63,316 nt of DNA from a virus (lineage: Duplodnaviria > Caudoviricetes), in IMG/VR virus record IMGVR_UViG_3300020474_000010, positions 1 through 63,316 of that record, one strand, 5' to 3'. The notes below the pieces were generated by a model, which ran no database searches, was not told where the DNA came from, and worked only from the letters and a program-made list of their open reading frames with translations. The position numbers and the translations under genes were made by a program. Below are positions 9,701 to 19,700 of the stretch, piece by piece (the stretch's first letter is position 1; the number at the start of each line of letters is the position of its first letter).

Positions 9701-11856
9701 TCTACAATGGTTTCTCCCTCTTGGAATGTACCAGAAAGAGATTGACAGTAAATTTTATTACCAGAAGTTAAATATCCATTAGGAGATCCTTCGATAACAG
9801 CATATGCTCCACTTCTAGCTCCAGTAATATACTTACCAGTTTCAAATTGTCCTTGTGGAATTGTAGAATCAACAGTAAGTCTTGTTAAGAATGTTGGATT
9901 GAAATACGACATTTTGAAAGTCGCATTATATGCTGGGGTAGATCCAACTCTACCTTTAGATAAAATTCTATCTGAGTTTGGATCAAAACCAATACCTCTA
10001 GAAGCAAGAGAAATATTTTTTGGTTTTGCTAAACCAATTGTAGGAACAATAGATTCTTGATAACTAATAATATCTCCAAATAAATCTCCTGCAGTAGAAG
10101 ATTCTGCCCCACTCTCAGAGAAATATAATTGTGTTCTCTTGTTAGTATTAAATTCGCTATACTCTTTTAACAGTTCATCTACAACATCTCTTCTACCAAC
10201 AACAGTTAGTTCTAGGTAATTTCCTGATCCTAAGAAAGTATTACCATTAAATTTAGAAAATGCTAGAGTTGTTATTTGCTGAACATCATTGCTTTGAGAT
10301 GCTATTCTTAACCAGAAAGAACCGAATGTAGTTCCAATAGTAGTATCATCTATATCAGCATAAGTTTTACCAGTAGTACCAGAAGTAACACTTATAAGAA
10401 GAGTTTTGATTGCTTGATCTGCAGAAAACTCAGATGTTCTTCTAGAACGAGTTTGTTTATGTGCAGTAGTGGACTCTGTATCATTTGTACCAATAGATCC
10501 ATCACTAAATGTTTGATTTAATAATAGTGTTGGGTATGCGGTTAAATCTGCATCAAATGAATTTAACGGAATAGTATTATATGTGTTAGTGAGATAGAAA
10601 CTAGAAAGGTCACCATGCTTCAGTGTAATATTATCTCTTTCTAGAGACTCACGAGACTTATTGACAGTGAGATACTTACTTTCCTTATTGAGGATTTCAT
10701 ATCCCTTAATATATGCTTTACCAGTTCCAACAGAAAGAATCATCTTCTGTGCTGCTTCTGTTTCTGCTAGTCCATTTACTAAACCAGTCTCTTCATTCTT
10801 TTTGTAAATTCCTTTATTAGAACCAGACTGTATATACTCTCTTACTTCAGTATCAAATGGTTCTACAACATAATCACCAGACTCATCAAATGTTCTCCTT
10901 GCTAGAGTCTCTTCAATAATATTATAATCTGCCTGTACAATCTTTCTTTGAACAGATCCATTCTTAACAGAAATTAGTTGAATAAAATTACTGTCTGTTG
11001 TAGCATCTAAATCATATTTTGCTAGAGCTAGATCAACAGAAAGTCTATGTGCTCCAGGAGCACTAAAGTTAGCAAATCCTCTTGCTTGATCATATAATGT
11101 AGAATCTTCTTCAGGTGTAACTAAATCTTCTGTAATTTTAAAACCAACTTTTGCAGATGGTGAATTACTATATGAATCTAAAATTAAAAGTTCTGCGTTA
11201 TTGCGGACAAAATGTCCGTTTACAAAGTAAATACCTTCTTCTACCTTAACAGCAGATGCAAATCCCATTGCAGGACTTGTCTGTGATGTCTCTACGCCTG
11301 TATCAGGGTCCTTAAGAGTTACCGAGGTTGGTAAGACACTTCCGTCTGTTCCAACCACTAGAAGCGGCGTATTAACGCCATCTACAACTTCTAGAGTTTC
11401 ACCTTGACGGAAAGTAGATTCATTACTAGAGTTACCACTACTAGTATAGTTTACATAAACTGTATCTGCAGATGTTAAAGTTGAAAAACGTGTAGATACA
11501 ACAACACCCGTAACACCAGACGTTATGCCCTGAAGCGTCTGACCTACGAGTTGTGAAATATCATATTTTTTATAGACAATAGTATTCCCTTCCGCTACAG
11601 CAACTTCTGTAACAGATGATAACTTAACATAATCAAGTTTGTTATTTAATCCAACTTCTCCAGGAATTACTAAATCACCCTGTTTAAATTGACGTCTACC
11701 AAGAGACTCAATCTGATTTTGTAGGATGGATTGTAGTTGTGTTAATTCTCTAGCTTGGATTGAATATCCAGGACGGAAAAGAACTCTATAAAAGTTCTTC
11801 GCCGCATCGTAGTCATCGTAGTATGGGGATACGTTTAAATTCGTCTTTTGGGGCAT
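3703..11856 (-). CDS. Large virion/baseplate protein, DUF4815 / VrlC-like
   Basis: 2717 aa; N-terminus TNLNVSPYYDD..FYRVLFRPGYSIQARELTQLQS, internal RYTMRDIGKLEKR..RFKSGFVVDNF, C-terminus PKVQDLRAVA; directly downstream of gp8. Confidence 0.85.
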   Translation of the reverse strand: MPQKTNLNVSPYYDDYDAAKNFYRVLFRPGYSIQARELTQLQSILQNQIESLGRRQFKQGDLVIPGEVGLNNKLDYVKLSSVTEVAVAEGNTIVYKKYDISQLVGQTLQGITSGVTGVVVSTRFSTLTSADTVYVNYTSSGNSSNESTFRQGETLEVVDGVNTPLLVVGTDGSVLPTSVTLKDPDTGVETSQTSPAMGFASAVKVEEGIYFVNGHFVRNNAELLILDSYSNSPSAKVGFKITEDLVTPEEDSTLYDQARGFANFSAPGAHRLSVDLALAKYDLDATTDSNFIQLISVKNGSVQRKIVQADYNIIEETLARRTFDESGDYVVEPFDTEVREYIQSGSNKGIYKKNEETGLVNGLAETEAAQKMILSVGTGKAYIKGYEILNKESKYLTVNKSRESLERDNITLKHGDLSSFYLTNTYNTIPLNSFDADLTAYPTLLLNQTFSDGSIGTNDTESTTAHKQTRSRRTSEFSADQAIKTLLISVTSGTTGKTYADIDDTTIGTTFGSFWLRIASQSNDVQQITTLAFSKFNGNTFLGSGNYLELTVVGRRDVVDELLKEYSEFNTNKRTQLYFSESGAESSTAGDLFGDIISYQESIVPTIGLAKPKNISLASRGIGFDPNSDRILSKGRVGSTPAYNATFKMSYFNPTFLTRLTVDSTIPQGQFETGKYITGARSGAYAVIEGSPNGYLTSGNKIYCQSLSGTFQEGETIVDEAGNSLRIAKENTVSHFVVDSRGINYGGLTAAVIDGVKYDPAIIKPNLDPSNGIYKLSIEDRGGVSVEYAQPPSVAITTTSTTFSSSNAAVIRAVLFQDVVLTYTPQNVKSMSSRFGVAPAGAQAPNLFTSDIEFTRSSYITSTNVTDFTFSGSQGNSFVECTGFGGDASKFLIQGDIVQFSDTNNNLVKAVVQQATKPEGVKKSRVYLDSLLPENVASTTVLRVRPKVDNVSKSSLIFPTGSKQIKSLVKGTDDTALKYYARKDFVLDSSTSGGQITFKAQLEFGTQKFVSFSEEHFLLTVLDKGNATSVETGDVVYVPTDAVSVAASTDTTTGLTAGSVTVTLSSTYFGSLSGGSTYPKLKLTATLEVTKARPRLKTVIRNKKVVITPAGDRVIPIRGQDQDASEINTISYSDVIKLNYIYEGSTTAPPQIDSAGTLISGTDVTNRYTFDDGQRDTFYDVSRIVLKPGFNNPTGQILISFDYFDHSSGDFCVVDSYIHEAGVTADEIPTFNSSVYGVTNLRDVIDFRPKVDTAATITGFQDQSNFARNIFNEFNGEGGVVTACPAADTNLQYTISFYQSQYLDRIDGLFLNKKGEFLVKEGNSSLNPSKPELVDDAIALAYLYIPAYTTTSKDVRTIPVDNKRYTMRDIGKLEKRVERLEYYTLLSVLEQQALNMQIKDASGFERFKSGFVVDNFETHKVGKVSSIDYKCSIDTKQSVLRSQAREDSIDLTEVNTKEDERVVAGYVRNGDVLTLPYSELTLLENPFATKKINPNPFVVIQYVGDASLDAPVDSWYENTDAPLITDNNTQLYTIFLAKDNVREAYSSIYNSYAVNWVGSDQNFFNINSLSEINSDAVTSSVQIANVGSSSNISPQNNETGKGIQTKVIGETAIASSLQQFARSKAIKFNVRRMKPNTRIYPFLEGRDISRWTNADLRYSGVAGNSLSTFGSAITTDDAGNASGLILIPNGYPPVQGSTWNNYIYNTQYDTNAEQLQFTVGEKTIRFTSSSTDQPKENVETFTEVKYYPTGVLPTSTSTVTSTLPANLKTNEGKQIVDTDTGSSKKPSPLTQTFKVENLDGGCFVTGIKLFFNKKDLKVPVRTYLTNTASGKPGKSIIPGTESTIAPETKLKVFISQDASIEIAETIIGSISGASGPVYKVFDRTGTEVLPGSADKIPLSADQVYTLVLSNNNGSNFSAGEVLTVPSLTLANNTNNTTISLTIARDSGKLVDLKVLATGTNYDTASMVIESPQLPGGTTATGSLGVSGGKIYNSEVSISGSGYTSAPSIVINGTGSGNAGASIQSVVDIDTPGVSMGVATNLSTDVQGSIGTVFNFEYPVYLQNNAEYAFVVETDSTEYEVWASEVGAVSGSGTVTPISGLGSVFRSQNVESWTEDLREDIKFTLMRAEFDNSRTASVLLTNDQLGFETMSLDPVSTSSEAFSSATLKKFRGNNKYVRVHHRDHGFEEGGKSYVFFKGVGDTGGVAASTINTNLFQVENVGVDSFNIVSPTEASSNDIGGGVAGLVSNNRKFEKLYADIGYLSFKETKISSSVKTTNIIPIDNGPVNYASYSQTGYEKTFIKQEHYFINQKVVASRVNELYNGLSNSLVYKLDLSSDISNLSPVIDLRTSSVKTISNRIESAVGTEKRYGRQNQLLEFYKIYEFAITGNSGTDIDVGQTVDSTTNTNTSEVAGLKGGSGKVLAWDTSTNTVTVQLRNSGQFKASEALTFSTQTSLTGVTITNSGATEVKPSFSINTTLNAYNLSQSSSIADDELYLDKISGNIVDWDAQSQVLTVFNDKEAINGDFTAAVTGGSAFTRNATPTSQLPDVFRVGDAVQYVNQASNTNDWWIVKTVGYTAGVEFVAENRSKNTSGVSKYITKEISLENPGTTIDVKLTANIREVSNIKVLYKIKESSSEQNFDDIEWAFFNITGIPDIDIEASAENEISGLFEKQDSYQQLPFSVSNLPEFTSFAVKVIMESDNPAYVPKVQDLRAVASF

Positions 11857-11879
11857 CGTAAACCAAACCTAACATGGAA

Positions 11880-13697
11880 TTAGAATTCAATTACTAGTTT
11901 AATATCCTCGATTTGATCAGATGCTCTAGTAATAAGCCTTCTGTTCTCTATGTATACGAGTTCTCCTGAGTTCGCTTTGATCTCAGGGTATGCTAAACCT
12001 GATGCAAAAGTAACTCCGTTGAGTGTTTGACTGTATGTACCATCAACTGTGACTGATACACTTGTACTACCGTCTGTAATAGGATTAGCACCACCAGCAA
12101 AATCTCTTACGATTCCACTATCAGTATGTGACTCAGGTGATTGGAAGTAACGAAGCACTCCAGCAGTAGCACTTTCTCTTTCCCAAGCAACTACAGTTCC
12201 TTTAGCAGTACCACCAGTTACAGTTTGACTGATTTGGTTATCGTTTCCAAAACTACTATCAGTAAGTCCTGTACCAGTAACTCTAACTGCATATGTACCA
12301 GTTAAAGTATTGGAAGTTGCAAATGAAGTAGAACCCCACTGAAGAGGATCTTTAACAAGACCAATTCTACGGAAATCATTACTTACAGGGAAGTCACCTT
12401 GTCCTTCATTATATGTTAAGCGGACATTAACCATAATGCGTTTAGCATTTAGTTCTTGTGCTAAATCAGCACCATGTCCACCTTGAGGAGGAATAATAAC
12501 TTCTACTGCTGCTTTAGCAGATCCAGCAATAGTCTCACTAGTAGCAAGAGTATTGTCCGCAAATAGACCGTAAGCATCTCCACCTGCACCAGTACCAGTA
12601 CCAGTTACAAGTGCTACACTAGCATAAGTGTATCCAGTTCCTGCTGTCTCTACAGTTGCAGATGTGATAGTACCAGTACCATCAGTCTCAATCTTTGCGA
12701 CTCCACCAGTTCCATCACCTAAGATAGGACCATAAAGTGCAGAAGCACCAGTTTTGTTAGCAGGAAGACCTGTTCCAGCGTCTTTAACAAATACAGTATC
12801 AATTGCACCATCAACTACTGCAGGACCAGCATATGCACCAACAGGCATAAAGTCACTGGATAAGAAATCCATAACTTGTGCAGTAGTCATAGTATAAAGA
12901 TACTTCCAAACGTAACCGTCAGCAGGACCTGTATAAACACCATTAGCATAGTTATTTGCTGTTGTAGGCATATTCTGTGCATTGTTAGCACCAGGAGCGA
13001 GGTCTTCTTTATTGTATAAACACTTGAAGACTTCATAGTTGGTGTTCATCACATACAATTTCGCTGCACCAAGACTATTAAAGTTATTAGTAGTTTGTTT
13101 TGCAGTACCACCAGTAGAAGGTGCAGCACTGTAATCTGGTTTGTACATATCGAACGTTGGGTTCAATGCTGTATTCCAGTTTAAACGAGGTATAACAGAA
13201 ATAACATTAGATGATTCAACTCTCTTAGCAGCAATAATTTCTTTGTAGATTCTAAACTTTTCTTCTTGGTTATCTAGAGGAGCAGGAGCACTGTTCTCGT
13301 CGGCTTTACGATATACTCCACATAGTGCCTCAGCACCAGTATCAGATCCAGATCCATATCCTTTTAATACGTTTCCTGGTGTTGGGTTAGCAGACACAGG
13401 GTTAGGCGAAGAAATTAATACGTAGTTAGGAAATACCTTTTCAATCGTAGCTTTGAAAGTGGTTGCTCCGTATGCAGTAGCGCCACTTGCGCCTGCGTCA
13501 TAGATCTCGTTACCTACTGCTAGTGCTGTAGCGTTACCCGAGTAGTATTCAAGAATACCATACCACGCATCAGAGCGTCCGACGAAGAAGTACATCCTCG
13601 TTCTTTCGGTTGATGTATCGCTGGGTCCCTCAGTTAGAGACTCCAAAAATTGTTGTGCGTTGAAAATGCGAAACTTTTCAGAAATGATTGCCGACAT
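11880..13697 (-). CDS. gp8: Baseplate wedge subunit gp8
   Basis: 605 aa; MSAIISEKFRIFNA, YEVFKCLYN, DGYVWKYLY, NDFRRIGLV, YIENR..ITRASDQIEDIKLVIEF; synteny with gp6/gp7. Confidence 0.9.
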   Translation of the reverse strand: MSAIISEKFRIFNAQQFLESLTEGPSDTSTERTRMYFFVGRSDAWYGILEYYSGNATALAVGNEIYDAGASGATAYGATTFKATIEKVFPNYVLISSPNPVSANPTPGNVLKGYGSGSDTGAEALCGVYRKADENSAPAPLDNQEEKFRIYKEIIAAKRVESSNVISVIPRLNWNTALNPTFDMYKPDYSAAPSTGGTAKQTTNNFNSLGAAKLYVMNTNYEVFKCLYNKEDLAPGANNAQNMPTTANNYANGVYTGPADGYVWKYLYTMTTAQVMDFLSSDFMPVGAYAGPAVVDGAIDTVFVKDAGTGLPANKTGASALYGPILGDGTGGVAKIETDGTGTITSATVETAGTGYTYASVALVTGTGTGAGGDAYGLFADNTLATSETIAGSAKAAVEVIIPPQGGHGADLAQELNAKRIMVNVRLTYNEGQGDFPVSNDFRRIGLVKDPLQWGSTSFATSNTLTGTYAVRVTGTGLTDSSFGNDNQISQTVTGGTAKGTVVAWERESATAGVLRYFQSPESHTDSGIVRDFAGGANPITDGSTSVSVTVDGTYSQTLNGVTFASGLAYPEIKANSGELVYIENRRLITRASDQIEDIKLVIEF

Positions 13698-13738
13698 AAT
13701 TGTACGTAAGAATTGCTACGAAAGGATTGAATCCAAGT

Positions 13739-13752
13739 TATTTATATTTATA
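13739..13752 (-). promoter_or_regulatory. Tandem late promoters (2x TATAAATA)
   Basis: TATAAATA at 13745-13752 and 13739-13746 on the minus strand, upstream of gp8. Confidence 0.75.
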
Positions 13753-16700
13753 CCAGTCTAATTACACTACTTGCGGTAACTGTTCCACCTGTTGTAGGTT
13801 GGGTTGTACTACTGCTAGTATAATCAATGACGAAACGATCAGACAGTTTAGAACTATATTCTAGTTGATATAGACCTACCTGAATGATACCAGATGCAGG
13901 GAAACCACTAGTGGTTGCAAAGACATTCGGATCTGCTGCTGTATAATCAACATCCAAGACGGAAGCATTATAAACGTTTGCGGCAGCTACGCTTCCCATA
14001 CTAATTGCAGGGGGAGTGAAGGTTGGAAGATGTACTGTGGTCGCGGAACTTGTGGAGATTCCTTGAGTTAAAGTAATCTGTTTGATGTTATTTAACAACG
14101 TTACACTACCAGTTGCTAGAGTAGAAGTCTGTGGAGGTCTCTGTGTGGTGAGAGTCACAGCATGAGTCGTTGTTATAGCAGATGCATCTCTATGTAGAGA
14201 CTTTGTGAGTAAAACCTCGCGGAGTGAATTATAAGGACTTGATAATACTTCAGTCTGTTCAATTCTCTCATGCTTAAGTTCATCTACTACAACAGCAGAG
14301 GAAGCAAATGTTGCGAGTGCAGCAGGAGCAAGTCTATTGATCGTTTTCTGATACTTAGTATCAAACTGACGATGCTTCTTAATAATATTGTATCCACGAG
14401 TTATATTAACCTTAGGAGCAGTAGTATATCCACTACCACCTTGAGTCAAGATAACATCAATCACATCACCTCCCTCACAAATAACTTCTGCTTTTGCTCC
14501 ACCACCTGCTTGATCAACACTCTCAAACACCAACTGTGGTGCAATAGAGTAACCAGATGCAGTTGGGTTTTTAGTAATGTCTCTCTGATTCCAAGTCAAT
14601 GAAGTAACAACACCACCAACGATGTTTGCTACTACATCTAATCCTTCACCAGAAGTAACTCCATTATAGTTAGAAACAGATACAATACCAACAACATCAG
14701 AAAGTTGAGTGTTTGGATTGTACGCCAAACTTGCAAGTTCGTTTGGTACGTTTTTAACTATTCTATATTCTTCTTCACCATCAATCTGAATCCTGTCTCC
14801 AGGCTCTAGATCTTGGATGGTAGGCTTATCATGATGATATAACCAAGAAGCAGTGTTTTTTCTAAGATATCGTCTGTCATCTCTATCGTTGTATGTAATT
14901 GTTGCAGTTGCGCTAGACAAGTCAAGCAAATCAAATGCTCCACCAAAATCTAACCCCTTAGAAATTCTCAACGGTTCCGTCAAGTCAATCTCAGGGTTCA
15001 TACTAGTGAGCATTACAAACTTCCATCCAGTAGATGTTGTTTCCCAATATTTAACCTCACCAATAGTCTTAGTTATCACATTTGGTTGTCCTATGTTGAA
15101 CTTCTGATATACAGGAGCATTGTCCCTACCATTAATAAGTGATACAAATGTACTATATTGATCGGTACCAGTAATAGAAACAGTAACTTCATTATAGAAT
15201 GAATCAGTATCAACATTAAATGCATCGAGTAATTGATCTTGATTATCTCCAACTAATAACATCATATCAACACTTTGTCCTGCTCTTGGACCTTTAGAGA
15301 ATGTAATACTAGATTCATTAATACTGTATGCTTTTTCTCTCTCTTGTAAGACACCATCAACAAATACTAAAAGGAATCTATCATCATCAACAACAACAGC
15401 ATCTTTAGTCTCTTCATCTTTCATAATAAATGGTCCTCGTGCTTTACCATTAAGATTATTCTCATCAATTTGTAGACGTAAATATCTTCCAACATTATGT
15501 GCATAGAATTTCTCAACTGCTAGAGGTTCCTGTACAGTTAAAGTGTTTAGTTCTTGTTCCCACTTAGGTGCTTCTGCAAAAACAATTCTATCTGGATCTG
15601 ATCCATCTACTCTCTTGATGCTATAAGCATTAACTCTTGGGAAAGTATCATCATATTTTGCGTTTTGGAATACGCCATTAATAACTACAAATAAATCTTC
15701 TTTTGCAGATGTATTAACAATAGTATTATCATTGTAATACAATTCAAATTCAACGTTTTCTCCATTGAAATAATCAGGTAGAGATTTAGTAGCAGTACCA
15801 CCATTCAATACTGTCTCTATGTTAGAATATAAAGAGTCAAGTGCAGACTGAACATCACTACATTCTGCAAACAACCCAGGACCACCATCATAGTTGCCTG
15901 GAAGGATATTAAGATTAGAGAATGTTCTAGAAGTTGCCCAGTTACCAGTTCTCTGATTATTGTCTGGAGTCTTCTCAATAATATAAGGACCTTTGAGTAA
16001 TATCTCTTCTACAATATCAATGTAAGACTTAAGAGACTGCTCAACGTCAGCACACTGTGCTGCAAAAGATCCATTTGGATCGGGTAGTACAGTTGTATCA
16101 GTAAATGGTACAAATATAGTATGTTGACCTGTAGGTAGGTTCTGTCTCATAGCGAGAACCATGAGATCAGTTGCATACTTATATGCTGCAATACTTTCTG
16201 CCTTTTCAGATGAGATGTATGCTAGTTGACTCTTCTTAAAGTAAAACTCAGCAAAATCTACAACCTTAAAGTTTCCACCATATCTTAGATGATATACGAA
16301 TGCATCAACTAAGATACCAGTGTCTCTAACACACTTATCTTCATCAGGAATAGAAAGATTAGGATAAGTTTGTTTTGTCCACCCAATAGTTTCTTCTGTA
16401 ATATAAGATCTATTCTTCTCAATCAAACGTGCAGCATCCATATAGGTACCGTTATTGATTCTACTGAATGAGAATGTTACCTGATTAATGTTATTAACAG
16501 TATTGTAGATTGTAACAGTAGATCCAACACCAACATTTAATGTACCAGTATTGGTAACTTGAGTTGGACCATAGTTAGTTTGACCTGTAGTGGTGACTAC
16601 AGTACTAATAGTTTGTCCACTGTAATTAGAGTTTGCTGACCTACTGACTCTAACTTGATTACCAGATAAAATTTCTGTAATAATTGTTGGTTGATCAAAC

Positions 16701-19700
16701 TGACCACCACTAGAAACATTCATTCCTATACAGATACCTAACATAGAAGGTAATGTAATAACATCTGATCCAGGTGTTACTGTGCAATTTTGTAATGAGA
16801 TGTCCCAATTACGCATTGCTGCAACACATAGATTCATTGTATACTTGTAAGTTGCTAGACTCTCTGTTAGTTGTGCATTGATATATGCTAGAGCACCATT
16901 ATTATAATAAGACTCTGCTGCCTCTACAGTTTTTTGGTTTCCACCGTATCTCAAATCATGCTCAAATGAGTCTACAATGAGACCAATGTCTCTAACACAC
17001 TTAGTTTCTAAAGTATTCCATGATACTGATGGGTAAGTTGCTTTTGCATATCCAATTGCTTCTTCTTGAATGAATGCTCTATTAAATCTTAGTTGATTAG
17101 CAGCATCAATCCAAGTTCCTTCTTTCTGGAAGATCTGACGTACCTTCTTTAGATATTGTCCATTCTTAGCAGCGTCTTTATATTCAAATTGTCTACCAAT
17201 AAATTTTTGAGCAGGAATAGTTGCATTGTTTTCAGTGCGTGGACCAAGTGGTGCTTTAGCAAAACGAAGTGTATCACCTGATATAGTGTATGCAACTTCA
17301 GGTTCCTGAAGAACACCATCTAAGGTAATAGTCAACGCCATTGCATTATAAGGAGAAACTGATTGACCAGTCTTCTTATCTTTGATTACAAAGTCTCTAG
17401 TTCCTCGTTGTAATCCCATAAAATCAAAGATACCATCAAATGCTGGTTCTAATATAATTTCTTTAGCAGTTAGTCCCCTTGCATCGAATGCTTGTTCAAC
17501 AACAGAACCAGCACCACGAAGAATATTAATGTCTTTGTTAAGATTGATAGTATTAACTATCTGTCTAGTAGTATTAGTAACACTTGTATTGTTCTCATTT
17601 TCATTCCATAGATTAAGTTGTGATACTTGACCAGTGTTAGTATTATCATTAATACGAACAGATGCACTTATATCAAGATTCAATTCACCAAACATCTTAA
17701 ATCCTGCTGGGTGAACAGAATCTTTAATTAGATCTCTCCAATTATTAATACCAGTTGTAGATTCAATAACATATGAATAGTCTTGATAGAAATTATTATC
17801 TGCAACTTTATGAGTCTTAACACCAACCTTACCTTTATCAGAACCAAACTTACCTAAGTTATCGAAATATGAACGTGTGTCAACTGTGAATTCTGTTTCA
17901 AGTATGTCGTCGATGGCACCTATACTACCACTAGAAACACCAGTGATAGCAGCGCCTTTGACGAATTCACCTGTTAAAATTTTGACCTTGAGAACGTTTG
18001 AACCTTTTCTCCACCCTTTGTTAGAAACAATACCTGTTGTAGATCCTTGTGTGATTTGCTCACCTGATAGGAAGTCATCAGTAGTATTTAAAATTAATGC
18101 AATACTAGAAGAATGTCTTCTCTGTAAAGAAGAATCATTCCAAAGACCTGATCCACTAAATTCAATTTCTACATTTTTAGTAACACCAATAGAATTTGAT
18201 TTTGCATATACACGAAGATCACTCTCAATAACTTTTAATGTTGGTTTGTAAGTATAATTTTTACCTTTATTTGTAACAACAACATTAGCGAGACCATTTG
18301 CTGATGTTTTTAAAATATCAAATACTACCTCAGCACCGTCACCATCAGTAACAATAACTTTTGGTATAGAATAATTTCTACCAATAGTATTGATAGTAAC
18401 TCCAGCAATATTTTTGTTTACAGAATCCCATTGTGCTGTTACATGTGCTTCATCTAATGCTCTCATAGCAGCACCAAGAACTGCTGGAACTTTCTTGTAT
18501 CCAGTTCCTAAATTAGCAACAGAAACTTCAGCAACCTCACCAACTGCGTTTACACCAGATGTGGTGTATGATATACTTCCTGTACCATACCATCTAGGCA
18601 AAGTATCCATTGAGTATACAAATTGTGTAGGTGTAACAAATACAACTTCATGTTGACCTTGTAGAGGATCTTGTACAATCTCTACATAGTTGTCTTCATC
18701 TCTAATTACACTAGTAGGACCAATTCTAATAGACTGTACACCAGCAGATGTTGTAGTAACAATAGACTTATAATAATATCTTTGATATAACTGTTCTTTT
18801 CTATCTGTTAAAGTTCCTGCTAGATTGACTGTTCCTAATCTAGGACCATATCCAAACTTAGCGTATAGACATGCGTTTGCAGTACCTGGAGTTCCTTGTC
18901 TAACGAGTTCTGGAGCAATAATATTATCAGACTTACTTGGAGAGATTAAAAACTCAGAATGTACGTTTGTAAAATGACTTAAATCAAACTTATACTGATA
19001 ATGATCTTGGAACTGAATATTAGGAGAGATCTGATAAGGTCCATTTGCATTTTCAGAAATCTTTGTAACTATAATGTAATCAGATACTTGTTCTAGTTTT
19101 ACTAGTTTTTTAGGAACACTAGTATCAAAGAAACTAGCACCTAGACCAACTTTATAATCATCATATGTTCCAGTAGTAAAGAAGTTTTGATTATGCTCAA
19201 CAACTAGTTTACCATTGCTGTAAGATACAACAACAGGATCTAATGTACTATTACCAGTAATAGGAATACTGTCTCCTACAGTAAATCTGTAATCAGGAAC
19301 ATTTAGAGATACATCTACATTATGATAATGATCTTGTGCAGTTGTTCCTTTTTGTCCTCTGGTTACTACTAATTGTTTTGTTGTCTCTCTAACATCAGTA
19401 ACTTGTAATATTTCATCACCAATACTGAGATAATCGTTATCTGCAATATTAGATACGTCAAGTACAGTTAAAAGATTCTCTCCAGCACCAAAACCAATAT
19501 GCTCTATTCTAATCTGAACATCTTGAGAATCTGCAGGAGCACTACCACTCTTAGATAGAGCAACATCAGGCACTGAAAGAATGTCTCCTAGTTTATAACC
19601 AGTTCCTTTATCAACTAGTACAATTGTACTAACTTTACCATCTGAATTTGTAGTGATGTTTGCTGTTGCACCAGTTCCAGATCCACCAGACAGTGCTACT